Source: Patescibacteria group bacterium (GTDB taxonomy: Bacteria > Patescibacteriota > Microgenomatia > UBA8517). From it: a stretch of 64,000 nucleotides of DNA. The stretch spans positions 4,922 through 68,921 of the forward strand of contig DASSIE010000028.1 of the NCBI GenBank assembly GCA_035692185.1, read 5' to 3'. The notes beneath the pieces are model-generated. The model made no database searches and was not told where the DNA came from. It saw nothing but the letters and a program-made list of their open reading frames with translations. A program made the translations under genes and the position numbers. This document shows, piece after piece, positions 9,145 to 18,708 of this stretch. How positions within the stretch are numbered: the stretch's first letter is position 1; each line of letters starts with the position of its first letter.

Positions 9145-10197
9145 TTAATGTGGACTGACCTGGCTAATAAGGCCGTAGATTGGAGCAATAATAGATAACA
9201 TCATGCCCCCAACCATAACTCCAATTACTACGAGCATTACAGGCTCTAAAAGCGCTGTCAGCGTCTTTAAATTGTTACTTACCTGATAATCAAAATATTC
9301 AGATATGTCCTGCATTGATTTGTCCAAACTTCCAGTCCTCTCACCGGTCTCGACTAGCTTTATCATAATGGTTGGAATATAACCTTTGGCGGTTCTAAGT
9401 CCTTCTGAGAAAGTTTTTCCGGCCAAAATCATTTCTCTGGATTTTTCTATAATTTTTTGTGTTTGACTTCTTACTACTACTTCACTTGTAAGTTCAAGTG
9501 ATGAAACAATTGAAAGGCCGGACGTCAAAAGAAGGTAAAGCGATCTTGAAAATCTAGTCAAGTCAATTAATTTAACCAGCCCCGATATTCCAGGCATTGA
9601 ATAGAAAATATTTAAAACAAAGTTTTTCTTTTTTGTGAATAAAAAAATGCAGAAAAGAACTACTGCAGCAAGAATAAATAGAAAGGTTATTGTGTTATGC
9701 AACATAAAATCAGAAATTGCTATTAAGATTTTTGTGGGTAGTGGAAGTGGAACTCTCAAATTTTTAAAAACTTGAGCTATTTTTGGAATTACATAAACCA
9801 ACTGAACAAGTAAAACTAATGTAAAAACTCCAACTATAAAAGTCGGATAAATTAAGGCAGACCGTACTTTATCATTAAACTCATTTTGTTTTTGTAAACT
9901 TGATTTTAAATCTTTTAAGGTAACGTCTAGTGTCCCCGCCTCTTCCGAAGCTTTGACAACGTTAACGGTAACTTTATCAAACACATTTGGAAATTTTGCT
10001 AATGTAAAGTTTACCTGATGCCCTTGTGTTAAATCGTCTCTTAAAGTTTCCAGTACTTTTTTATTTCCTCCTTTGCTGTCTTCCATTAAATTGTTAACGG
10101 CATCAAGTATTGGAATTCCGGCCGAAAGCATGGTGGATAAATTACTAATTAGGGCTATTTTCTCTGCTGATGTTAATTTAGTTTTTGTATCTTTCAT
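9145..10197 (-). CDS. pilC: Type IV pilus / T2SS platform protein PilC/GspF/ComGB
   Basis: Two T2SS-F-like halves, polytopic. Positioned between pilB and the pilins. Confidence 0.85.
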   Translation of the reverse strand: MKDTKTKLTSAEKIALISNLSTMLSAGIPILDAVNNLMEDSKGGNKKVLETLRDDLTQGHQVNFTLAKFPNVFDKVTVNVVKASEEAGTLDVTLKDLKSSLQKQNEFNDKVRSALIYPTFIVGVFTLVLLVQLVYVIPKIAQVFKNLRVPLPLPTKILIAISDFMLHNTITFLFILAAVVLFCIFLFTKKKNFVLNIFYSMPGISGLVKLIDLTRFSRSLYLLLTSGLSIVSSLELTSEVVVRSQTQKIIEKSREMILAGKTFSEGLRTAKGYIPTIMIKLVETGERTGSLDKSMQDISEYFDYQVSNNLKTLTALLEPVMLVVIGVMVGGMMLSIIAPIYGLISQVSPH

Positions 10198-10203
10198 GAT
10201 AAT

Positions 10204-11889
10204 CTACACACTTTCCACCTTTGTAACCCTGATTACTTCCTCCATTGTGGTTACACCTGTGGCTACTTTTTCTAGCCCATCGTCAAGCATTGTTTTCATT
10301 CCTTCAGTAACTGCTGCTTGGGCAATGACATCGGAGTCAGATTTACCTGAAATTAATTTTCTAATCTCTTTTGTTACCTCCAGTACTTCAAAAAGTCCAA
10401 CACGGCCAACATATCCAGTTTGTCTACAAATTTTACAGCCTTTTCCTTTGTGCACCAATACCTCTGGAGTTTTGCCGAAATATTTTTCCACCATATATTG
10501 GGGGAAGTGTTTGATTACCTCGGTAGACGCCATCTTTTCCTCCGTTTTACAGGATGGGCAGATTTGGCGAACAAGTCTTTGAGCAATGATAACGTTAACA
10601 GTTGAAGCCACCAAAAAGGGTTCAACTTTCATATCAGTTAAACGTGGAATTGCGGTTGCGGCGTCATTGGTGTGAAGTGTAGAAAGAACCAAGTGTCCAG
10701 TTAAGGCAGCGTTAACTGCAATTCCGGCAGTCTCACTGTCTCTTATCTCCCCCACGAAAATTACGTTTGGATCTTGTCTTAAAATGGATCTTAAACCATT
10801 TGCAAAAGTTAAGTTTGTTTTAGCGTTTACCTGGACCTGATTCGCACCCGAAATTCTATACTCAACAGGATCCTCAATGGTCATTATATTTTTTTCTCTA
10901 GTGTTTAAAATTTTTAAAATTGCATAAATTGAGGTTGTTTTACCACTTCCTGTTGGCCCGGTTGACAAAATCATACCGTAGCTTTTGTTAAATGCTTTTG
11001 TAACCTTTTGTAAGTCTGTGGCATTCATTCCAAGATCGGTTAATGTGAATTCTCTGGAATGACTGGAGAGTAACCTTAAAACTACTTTCTCCCCTTGTGT
11101 AACAGGTAAAATCGAAACACGAATATCTAAATTTTCTTCTTCAAGTTTTGCAGTCATTTTCCCGTCTTGCGCTGAAAGATGCTCATCTGTTCTAAGGTTT
11201 GATAAAACCTTGATCCTAGAAACTATTCTGTCGTGAACCTCCCTTGGCACTCTTAAAACGTCTTGTAAAACTCCGTCCACACGAAATCTGATCAAAGAAG
11301 TTTTTTCTTCGGGCTCAATGTGAATGTCGCTCGCCCTATCGTGGTAAGAAGCATTAACTAGCTCGTCAACAACTTTAATAATAGGCAGGTCCCCTTTATA
11401 TAAAGTTGCCTGTTTAATGTATTCCGCCAAAAGCTCATCTATAGTTCTTTGTAATGCCTTTTCATAAAGCCTAATTGTTCCTTCAATTTCGCTTTCGTCG
11501 GCATAGTAAGCAGTTACTTTTTGGCCGGTTTTTTTGATAACCATCGCCAAAATACTTTTATTGGTTGGGTCGTTAAGCGCTACTTTTATTCCACTTGGGT
11601 CCCGTGCAAAGGCTATTGCCTTTTGGCGCCTGGCAACTTTATCTGGAATAATATGTGCAACGTCTTCTGTAATTGATTCATTGGAAAGCGCAATATAAGG
11701 AACGTTATAATATCCGGCAATAATATTGCCCAACTGGGCCTCCGAAAGTACTCCACTTTCTATATAAGAATTTACTAAATTTGAAGATCTGGTTTCTAAT
11801 GCGTAACGCTCTGCTTTGGTAATTGCGGCCGCATCCAGCATTCCACTTTTTTTAATTAAATCTAAAATTTTTTGACTAGGCAGGGGCAT
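10204..11889 (-). CDS. pilB: Type IV pilus assembly ATPase PilB/GspE/ComGA
   Basis: Walker A GPTGSGKTT, GspE-type tetracysteine CPSC...CKIC, 561 aa. Confidence 0.9.
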   Translation of the reverse strand: MPLPSQKILDLIKKSGMLDAAAITKAERYALETRSSNLVNSYIESGVLSEAQLGNIIAGYYNVPYIALSNESITEDVAHIIPDKVARRQKAIAFARDPSGIKVALNDPTNKSILAMVIKKTGQKVTAYYADESEIEGTIRLYEKALQRTIDELLAEYIKQATLYKGDLPIIKVVDELVNASYHDRASDIHIEPEEKTSLIRFRVDGVLQDVLRVPREVHDRIVSRIKVLSNLRTDEHLSAQDGKMTAKLEEENLDIRVSILPVTQGEKVVLRLLSSHSREFTLTDLGMNATDLQKVTKAFNKSYGMILSTGPTGSGKTTSIYAILKILNTREKNIMTIEDPVEYRISGANQVQVNAKTNLTFANGLRSILRQDPNVIFVGEIRDSETAGIAVNAALTGHLVLSTLHTNDAATAIPRLTDMKVEPFLVASTVNVIIAQRLVRQICPSCKTEEKMASTEVIKHFPQYMVEKYFGKTPEVLVHKGKGCKICRQTGYVGRVGLFEVLEVTKEIRKLISGKSDSDVIAQAAVTEGMKTMLDDGLEKVATGVTTMEEVIRVTKVESV

Positions 11890-11924
11890 ACTTCATTGTA
11901 GCATGTGCAAAGTCTCTAAAAAAA

Positions 11925-12434
11925 CTAATTGAAGATTAAAAACATCTCATTTTGATAATCTTGAGATATCCATTCTGGGTGATTTTCTAAATTCTTTTTA
12001 ACTGTTTTGGCGTGCACTAGTTTTACCTGTGCAACTTCATCTTCCTCACTTTTTATTTGATCAAGACTGATGTCTTTTCGTAAATAAAAGACTCCCCTAT
12101 ATTCACGACGTTTATGATCTTTGTAAATTTTGACGAGTGTTAAATCACTCTTTTTAATTGAAAGTTGAGTTTCCTCGGTTGCCTCCCGTGCAGCTCCTTC
12201 AAAATAGTCCTCGCCTGGGGACAGGTGTCCGGCAACTGTTGCCTCCCACATACCTGGCGACATATCCTTTTTAAAAGACCTTTGTTGACAAAGTATCTGG
12301 TTTTTAGAATTAATAATCCACACGTGTGCTGTACGGCGCCATAATCCTTTTTTAAAGGTTTCGTGTCTGGGTCGCGGTTTAATTGGGTTGTCATATTCAT
12401 CAACAACACACAACATTTCTTTGCTATTTATCAT
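11925..12434 (-). CDS. NUDIX hydrolase
   Basis: Nudix box GHLSPGEDYFEGAAREATEETQL. Confidence 0.85.
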   Translation of the reverse strand: MINSKEMLCVVDEYDNPIKPRPRHETFKKGLWRRTAHVWIINSKNQILCQQRSFKKDMSPGMWEATVAGHLSPGEDYFEGAAREATEETQLSIKKSDLTLVKIYKDHKRREYRGVFYLRKDISLDQIKSEEDEVAQVKLVHAKTVKKNLENHPEWISQDYQNEMFLIFN

Positions 12435-12575
12435 TTTTTAATTTTTTTATACCTCTTCCGCAAATGGGATCAGGAGGTTAATTTAAGAAGATACTTAATT
12501 GTCACCCTGTGACATATCTTTTTATATTATATTTATAGTGTAACTATACACTTTTAGGAGGCTGTAAGTCAAGTG

Positions 12576-13400
12576 TTATTTGGAGGCAGCATCTACCGCC
12601 GACTTCATATCAGTAAAGCTGTAGGCTCCGTCAAATCTTTGTGAATTAACAAAAAACCCTGGGGTGCCAGAAACTGCCAAGGTAGCAGAAAGGTTTTGCT
12701 CTTCGGTCAGTCTTGAATCATACTTGCCGCTATCTAAGCAACTCTTCATAAACTCAGGGTCAATCACGCTCTTTAAGAAATCGGCAACTGTTTGGGATTT
12801 TGTTTTATCATTTTTAACAGTAGTATTCTGTAATGTATAGCCCTCGTTGCTCATTATTAACTGATGTGCATCCCAAAACTTACCTTTTTCGTTAGCACAG
12901 TAGAGAGCCTTCATTGCCATTTCCCCATTTGCGTGTCCTGGAAAATAAAGATAGGCAAAAGATGCCTTACCAGCGTCAACTAATTTTTTCATCTCGGTTA
13001 CTGGTGGCACATAAGTTCCACCATCTGAAACATATTTAAACTGAGATCCAACACTGGCGGCAATTTCTGGGTCATCTCCCCCTGCAACGTGACAATATGG
13101 GCAAGATGGATCAGCGACCTCGACAAATAAAAGTTTCGAATTTTTGTCCCCAAATTTAATGATATCTTTATCCCAAAGTCCTTTAATTGTTTCTATGTCA
13201 ATTGTGGCCGATGGGGCTGCGGCTCCTGCAGCCGCTGTTGTTGTAGTTGCAGTCGTTCCACCCTTTTCAAGGCTAGATACTTTTTGCCACAAAACACCGA
13301 CCATAAAAGCAAGAGCAACGCTCAAAAGTACAAGGATTGGAACAAATCTTTCAAATAAATTTGATTTTGGAGGAACATCAGTCATCCGATTATTTTGCAT
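12576..13400 (-). CDS. Membrane-anchored DsbA-like thiol:disulfide oxidoreductase
   Basis: N-terminal TM, Ala/Thr linker, thioredoxin-fold CPYC active site. Confidence 0.75.
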   Translation of the reverse strand: MQNNRMTDVPPKSNLFERFVPILVLLSVALAFMVGVLWQKVSSLEKGGTTATTTTAAAGAAAPSATIDIETIKGLWDKDIIKFGDKNSKLLFVEVADPSCPYCHVAGGDDPEIAASVGSQFKYVSDGGTYVPPVTEMKKLVDAGKASFAYLYFPGHANGEMAMKALYCANEKGKFWDAHQLIMSNEGYTLQNTTVKNDKTKSQTVADFLKSVIDPEFMKSCLDSGKYDSRLTEEQNLSATLAVSGTPGFFVNSQRFDGAYSFTDMKSAVDAASK

Positions 13401-13427
13401 GAAGTTCTACTAAAAGTCAAAGGTTAA

Positions 13428-13547
13428 TTATTTAGCTTCCTCTAAATAAGAAAGCGCGTCCATTGCTGCCATACACCCAAACCCTGCCGCAGTAACTGCT
13501 TGTTTACAATCGTGAAACGAGTGCCAAGCAAATTTACTTAATTTCAC
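13428..13547 (-). pseudogene. Duplicated fragment of the trxB 3' end (C-terminal ~30 codons)
   Basis: Translates to ...HSFHDCKQAVTAAGFGCMAAMDALSYLEEAK*, versus authentic trxB C-terminus DHRYKQAITASGFGCMAAMDCLTFLSEIK* immediately upstream. Out of frame with trxB. Confidence 0.6.
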
Positions 13548-14490
13548 TTAAAAAAGTGAGACAATCCATAGCAGCCATGCAACCGAAACCAGATGCTGTT
13601 ATAGCTTGCTTATATCTATGGTCCTCCACATCCCCAGCTACAAAGACTCCCGGAACTGAGGTTTTTGTTTTATCCGAAGCGACGACGTAACCTTTCTCAT
13701 CCAAATTTATTTTTCCTGAAAATACTGTGGTTGATGGAGTATGCCCGATTGCGATAAAAAGCCCATCGATTGGAAAATTTGAAATAGAGTTATCAGAGTT
13801 GTTTCTTAAATCTAAACTCTCCAGTCTCAACTCTCCGTTCACTTTTACCACTTCCGTGTTCCAAAGTATTTTAATCTTTGGATTTGATTTAACTTTTTCT
13901 TGCATGGCAACTGATGCTTTAAATGTATCTTTTCTATGAATAATAGTTACCTCAAGCGCGTATTTGGAAAGAACTAATGCTTCCTCCATTGCACTATCTC
14001 CTCCTCCAACGACAGCCACTTTTTTGTCTTTAAAAAATGGTGCATCACACGGGGCACATGAAGAAACCCCGCGTCCAATTAATTCTTTGATTCCAGGAAC
14101 TTCCAACCACAAGGTTTCGGCCCCCGTTGCAACAATTATTGATTTAGAAAAATAATCCACACCGTCTGCTGTTATTTTGAATGGTTTTACCGACGTGTCG
14201 ACCGCGGTAACATTTTTCTGGAGAAATTCAGCCCCAAACATCTGGGCATGTTCACGCATCTTGGCCATCAAGTCTGGCCCCATTATTCCTGGGTGGGCTG
14301 GATAATTGTCAACTTCGGTTGTAAGCATTAGTTGTCCCCCCCAAACCTCTCCTCCAAAAATAATCGTTGAGGCTGCGCCACGTGTGGTGTAAATTGCTGC
14401 GGTTAGTCCAGCAGGGCCTGAACCGATTATAGCCACATCCCAAGGTTCTTTGGAATTGTTAGGTTTCGAAGCGAATATCTGTTGATCCAT
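13534..14490 (-). CDS. trxB: Thioredoxin-disulfide reductase
   Basis: FAD motif AIIGSGPAG, redox CAPCD, NADPH motif VVGGGDSAMEEA. Confidence 0.9.
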   Translation of the reverse strand: MDQQIFASKPNNSKEPWDVAIIGSGPAGLTAAIYTTRGAASTIIFGGEVWGGQLMLTTEVDNYPAHPGIMGPDLMAKMREHAQMFGAEFLQKNVTAVDTSVKPFKITADGVDYFSKSIIVATGAETLWLEVPGIKELIGRGVSSCAPCDAPFFKDKKVAVVGGGDSAMEEALVLSKYALEVTIIHRKDTFKASVAMQEKVKSNPKIKILWNTEVVKVNGELRLESLDLRNNSDNSISNFPIDGLFIAIGHTPSTTVFSGKINLDEKGYVVASDKTKTSVPGVFVAGDVEDHRYKQAITASGFGCMAAMDCLTFLSEIK

Positions 14491-14575
14491 ATATGATTAA
14501 ACTCGAAAAACGAAACCCGAAGCACGAAACAATTTATGCTCCGTTTCGGATTTCGATATTCGAACTTCTAATTTA

Positions 14576-14929
14576 CTAGACAGTTGGTGCAGGTGGTGTC
14601 CCTGTTCCAGTGCCATCACTTGGCATTTCTGCTGGTGTTTCTACGGTTGGCATACCTGGATTCATAGGTGCTGGTGGCATAGTAGGTTCTCCAACTGGTG
14701 TCATAGGATCTGGTGATCCGACTGGTGTCATAGGATCTGGTGATCCGACTGGTGTCATGGGATCTGGCATTGTTGGTGCAGTTGGCATACCTGGATTCAT
14801 AGGGGCTCCGGCCCCTGCGTTCATAGGTGCTGGTGTACCAGTTCCTGCTGGCACTCCTGAAACTGGTGCTGTCATTGTAGGATCTCCCGCTGGTGTTAAA
14901 GTTGGATTTTGGTTATTTGTGTCGTTCAT
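14576..14929 (-). CDS. Met/Pro-rich intrinsically disordered protein with DPMTPVGSP repeats
   Basis: Strong RBS GAGGTG 5 nt upstream of ATG. About 11% Met and 30% Pro. Three tandem DPMTPVG(S/E)P repeats. The mirror ORF 14610..15101(+) is rejected. Confidence 0.65.
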   Translation of the reverse strand: MNDTNNQNPTLTPAGDPTMTAPVSGVPAGTGTPAPMNAGAGAPMNPGMPTAPTMPDPMTPVGSPDPMTPVGSPDPMTPVGEPTMPPAPMNPGMPTVETPAEMPSDGTGTGTPPAPTV

Positions 14930-14959
14930 TAGTAATCACCTCTTTTCTAAATTATTTTT

Positions 14960-15280
14960 TTATAAAGCCTTTTTCATTAATTCTTCAAATGATAATTTTC
15001 CAGAAAAACCTACCTGCCTCCCTAATTCTTTTCCTTCTTTAAAAAGAATTGTAGTAGGAATAGACATTACTCCATATTTTTGTGACTCCACAGGATTTTG
15101 ATCTACATCAAGCTTCATTATAAAAACTTTGTCTTTATAAGTTTCTGATAATTCTTCCAGAATCGGTTCTGCAAGGCGACAAGGCCCACACCATGTTGCC
15201 CAGAAGTCTACAAGAACTGGAGTTGAACTCTTAAGAACTTGTGTATCAAAATCTTTGTCTGTTGTATTTGTTGTAGCCAT
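14960..15280 (-). CDS. trxA: Thioredoxin
   Basis: WCGPC active site, 106 aa. Confidence 0.9.
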   Translation of the reverse strand: MATTNTTDKDFDTQVLKSSTPVLVDFWATWCGPCRLAEPILEELSETYKDKVFIMKLDVDQNPVESQKYGVMSIPTTILFKEGKELGRQVGFSGKLSFEELMKKAL

Positions 15281-15340
15281 TTACGTTACCCACTATAACT
15301 GTTCAATTAGTCTGCCGTCAATAGTGTTTATTCACACAGA

Positions 15341-15892
15341 TTAGAAATTTCCTCTACCAAGATTGATTATTCTTTTTGAATGTAATATTTGGTCAAACAT
15401 TTTCTTGGAATCAATTTCAGCAATCATTCCACCAGTTTCTTCCTTAAGTTTTCCGTTTTTATCAAAAAATAAATATTTTCTTCCAAGTGGAACAAAGCCG
15501 ACTTTTTCGTATAACACACCCAGACGTTTGATGTCTGTACAAAGCATGGCTATATCAAATTTTTCTCTACTCAAAACTTCTAAAACTTTACTAAGCATTT
15601 TTGTAGCAATTTTTTGGTGTCTATAATCTTTATGAACCACTACCCCACCAATCCCCCCGACATTAGTAGTTCCTTTTCCAAAAACTATATTTTTCTTAAA
15701 AAATATTTCTATTAAACCAACATCGACATCGCCATCTTTAGCTAAAATCGCAATATCGAAAGGCAAGAAAAAGTTAAGTAATATTTCAGAAGAATTGTCT
15801 ACATGATCACCCCAATTAGAATCTGAAAATTCTTTTAGTTCACTCCTGAGATCAGGAGAGGCATTCTTAATAACGCTTATTGTTAAACTCAT
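15341..15892 (-). CDS. GNAT family N-acetyltransferase
   Basis: Acetyl-CoA motif A VGGIGGVVVHKDYRHQKIATKML. Confidence 0.7.
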   Translation of the reverse strand: MSLTISVIKNASPDLRSELKEFSDSNWGDHVDNSSEILLNFFLPFDIAILAKDGDVDVGLIEIFFKKNIVFGKGTTNVGGIGGVVVHKDYRHQKIATKMLSKVLEVLSREKFDIAMLCTDIKRLGVLYEKVGFVPLGRKYLFFDKNGKLKEETGGMIAEIDSKKMFDQILHSKRIINLGRGNF

Positions 15893-15894
15893 TA

Positions 15895-18003
15895 TTAAAT
15901 TTTAACTTTGTTAAGTCTTAAAGAATTCAAAACCACAGATATTGATGAAGCGGCCATTGCGAAACTGGCTAACATTGGGTTAAGCACACCAATTGCTGCC
16001 GCTGGAATTAAAATTACATTATAGCCAAATGCCCAAAATAAGTTTTGTTTGATAATACTCATTGTGACGCGACTTAAATTAATCGCAGATAAAATTGAGC
16101 TGAAATCTTTATTCAAAAGTGTAATCCCAGCAGACTCCATGGCAACGTCTGTCCCTGTTCCCATTGCAATCCCAATGTCGGCAGCCGCTAAGGCGGGTGC
16201 GTCGTTTACCCCGTCCCCAACAAATGCAACATTCTTAAATTCTTTAACCTTTGAAGCCTTATCTTCAGGTAAAACTTCTGCCATCACGTTTTTGATTCCC
16301 GCTTGTCTTGCAATAGCATTAGCCGTTCTTTCATTGTCCCCTGTAACCATCCATGTCTCTATACCCTTCTTATTCAATTTTTTGACAACATCAAGAACGC
16401 CTGGTTTTAAAGTGTCAGCAACAGCAACGTATCCCAAAAACTTAGTGCCGGAAGTCAGGCCCATTACAGTTTTTCCGCCTTCTTCCAATTTTTTAATTTC
16501 GTCATTTTTCTCAGCAATCTTTCCGAAAAAGTATTTTTTACCATCAACTACTCCTTCAATCCCTTTACCCAGAATTGAGTTAAATTTGGTGGCTTTTGCG
16601 AGCTTTATACTTTTTGATTTTATATAAGAAGAAATAGCCTCGCCAAGCGAATGCTCAGATCCTTGTTCAAGCGCTCCAACAATTGGGAGAATTTTTGGAC
16701 TCGAAACATTGGTAACAACAGGTTTGCCAAGTGTTAATGTTCCTGTTTTGTCAAAGATAATGGTGTTGATTTTGTGAGCCGTTTCAAGGCTTGAAGCATC
16801 TTTAATGAGTATGCCTCGCTCGGCACCTTTTCCTGTCCCAACCATTATCGCAGTAGGGGTAGCAAGTCCCATGGCACATGGACAAGCAATGATTAGTACC
16901 GCAACTAAATTAATAAATGCCGCCAAAGGAAATCCTAATACGTACCAAACAACAAAAGTGGCAACTGCCAACATTAAAACAATCGGCACAAAATATGAAG
17001 AAACAAGATCAGCCATACGTTGAATTGGAGCACGTGAGCTTTGCGCTTCTTTAACCATACTAACGATTCTTGCAAGCATTGTCTCACTTCCCACATTCGA
17101 AGCTTCGAAGACAAAGCTTCCGGTTTTGTTTATCGTTGAACCAATTACATTCATTCCGACGGATTTGTCTACAGGAATGGACTCTCCCGTTACCATAGAT
17201 TCGTCAATTGAACTGCCACCCTCAGTGACAACACCGTCAACAGGGACTTTCTCACCGGGTCGTACTCGGATTTTATCCCCAACTTTTACTTCTTCGAGTG
17301 GAATATCAATTTCCTCTCCATCCCGGATAACTCTGGCGGTTTTGGCTTGTAAGCCTAATAATTTTTTTATTGCGTCTGAGGTGTGACCTTTAGCTAAGCT
17401 TTCCAAAAATCTTCCCAAAAGAATAAGGGTGATTATTACTGCCGCCGTATCAAAATACATTCCCTGAACAAGTCCAAAGATCGAAGCAATTGAATATCCA
17501 TATGCCGCGGTTGTTCCAATTGCAATCAGAGTGTCCATACTGGCAGCCCGGTTTTTAAGCCCTGACCAAGTTGCAAGATAAAATTCACGGCCTGCCCAAA
17601 ACTGTACAGGTGTAGCCAAAACCAGAAGTAATAAAGGATTTAAACCAAATTTAAATAATTCCGGGAAACTTCCTAAAAAAATTATTGAGGAGAGAATCGA
17701 AGAAACAATTACTTTGATTTTTAACTTTTGAAGTTCTTTTTCTTTTTCTTCCTCTTTAATTTGCTCCGGTGTTTTGTCGTTACCTTTTTCTTGAAAAACA
17801 GCTTTATAACCGGCATTCTCGACTGCTTGTCCAAGAACTTTATCGGGTACGGTATCGCCTGACATTTCGATCGTTGCAGATTCGCTTGCATAATTTACAG
17901 AACAGGAAAGTACTCCCGGAACTTTGGAAACGCTCCTTTCAATTAGTTTTGCACAAGAAGCGCAGTGCATACCGACTATTGGAAAAGATTTTTTGGTAGT
18001 CAT
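15895..18003 (-). CDS. copA: Copper-translocating P1B-type ATPase
   Basis: N-terminal [14 protein letters not shown] in TM6 ([13 protein letters not shown]), [16 protein letters not shown]. Confidence 0.9.
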   Translation of the reverse strand: MTTKKSFPIVGMHCASCAKLIERSVSKVPGVLSCSVNYASESATIEMSGDTVPDKVLGQAVENAGYKAVFQEKGNDKTPEQIKEEEKEKELQKLKIKVIVSSILSSIIFLGSFPELFKFGLNPLLLLVLATPVQFWAGREFYLATWSGLKNRAASMDTLIAIGTTAAYGYSIASIFGLVQGMYFDTAAVIITLILLGRFLESLAKGHTSDAIKKLLGLQAKTARVIRDGEEIDIPLEEVKVGDKIRVRPGEKVPVDGVVTEGGSSIDESMVTGESIPVDKSVGMNVIGSTINKTGSFVFEASNVGSETMLARIVSMVKEAQSSRAPIQRMADLVSSYFVPIVLMLAVATFVVWYVLGFPLAAFINLVAVLIIACPCAMGLATPTAIMVGTGKGAERGILIKDASSLETAHKINTIIFDKTGTLTLGKPVVTNVSSPKILPIVGALEQGSEHSLGEAISSYIKSKSIKLAKATKFNSILGKGIEGVVDGKKYFFGKIAEKNDEIKKLEEGGKTVMGLTSGTKFLGYVAVADTLKPGVLDVVKKLNKKGIETWMVTGDNERTANAIARQAGIKNVMAEVLPEDKASKVKEFKNVAFVGDGVNDAPALAAADIGIAMGTGTDVAMESAGITLLNKDFSSILSAINLSRVTMSIIKQNLFWAFGYNVILIPAAAIGVLNPMLASFAMAASSISVVLNSLRLNKVKI

Positions 18004-18030
18004 ATTTTAAGATATTCTAACAAGCTTCGC

Positions 18031-18390
18031 TTACTCAACAACAATTTTTCCGTGGAACATCCCCATGCCACAATGAGTTTGGAAAGTTCCTTTTTTATCA
18101 GGAGTTAAGGTTATTTCAACGTTTTTATTTAAAGGTAAATATTCTTTAACTTTAAAATCAGGAATAATTATTTCTTCTAAACAAGAATTTGGGTCGGTTC
18201 TTTTGAATATTAATTTTGTAGTTTGCCCATTTTTTATTTTTATGTTTTCCGGCTTGTATCCCCCATCAACTAAAATATCTACAACATCTCCAGCAATGGT
18301 AGCGTCATCATTTTTCCCAAAGAAAAACCACCAGATAAAAGCAATTAGGCCAGCTCCTCCAATTGTTACCAATAATTTGTCGGGTGTCAT
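18031..18390 (-). CDS. Membrane-anchored cupredoxin-like copper-binding protein
   Basis: N-terminal TM and C-terminal ...THCGMGMFHGKIVV (Cupredoxin_1-like). 4-nt overlap with csoR. Confidence 0.6.
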   Translation of the reverse strand: MTPDKLLVTIGGAGLIAFIWWFFFGKNDDATIAGDVVDILVDGGYKPENIKIKNGQTTKLIFKRTDPNSCLEEIIIPDFKVKEYLPLNKNVEITLTPDKKGTFQTHCGMGMFHGKIVVE

Positions 18391-18644
18391 TTCTTTTCTA
18401 ATACTTGCATTACTTCTTTTATAGCTTCGTCAGCGTTGCCGGCTTTAATAGAATCAGAGACACATGTTTTTAGGTGGTTCGCTAAAACAATCTCGTCTAC
18501 TTTTTTAAGAGCAGATTGAATAGCCAGGGATTGATGAACGATATCTATACAATAGTCATCTTCCTCTACCATTTTTATCACTTTTTCTAAATGTCCTTTT
18601 GCAATTTTTAATCTGTGGATGGTATCATCTTTTGGGTCTTGCAT
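18387..18644 (-). CDS. csoR: CsoR/RcnR family metal-sensing transcriptional repressor
   Basis: DUF156 fold signature: C at YCIDIVHQ, H and C in LANHLKTC. 85 aa. Confidence 0.8.
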   Translation of the reverse strand: MQDPKDDTIHRLKIAKGHLEKVIKMVEEDDYCIDIVHQSLAIQSALKKVDEIVLANHLKTCVSDSIKAGNADEAIKEVMQVLEKK

Positions 18645-18670
18645 ATTTTTTGAGATAATTTAGAATAATG

Positions 18671-18693
18671 ATATATCCCCCTGGGGGGGATGT
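18671..18693. promoter_or_regulatory. Candidate CsoR operator (GC-rich pseudo-palindrome) in divergent promoter region
   Basis: ATATCCCCC-TG-GGGGGGAT inverted repeat between csoR(-) and the membrane-cupredoxin gene(+). Resembles the GC-tract operators of CsoR-family repressors. Confidence 0.55.
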
Positions 18694-18708
18694 CAAGTAA
18701 CAACAAAA

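Noticed and set aside
12140-12409. 89-aa ORF within the NUDIX gene, and similar nested ORFs (e.g. 450..689, 7054..7425, 16049..16627, 23396..23722, 32398..32820, 41338..41673)
   Set aside because: They are embedded in or antisense to well-supported genes with clear family motifs. They have no independent signals.
14610-15101. 163-aa Gly-rich ORF on the plus strand
   Set aside because: It is the mirror image of the Met/Pro-rich minus-strand gene and of the trxA 3' end. It has no RBS, and the minus-strand gene has a strong SD.
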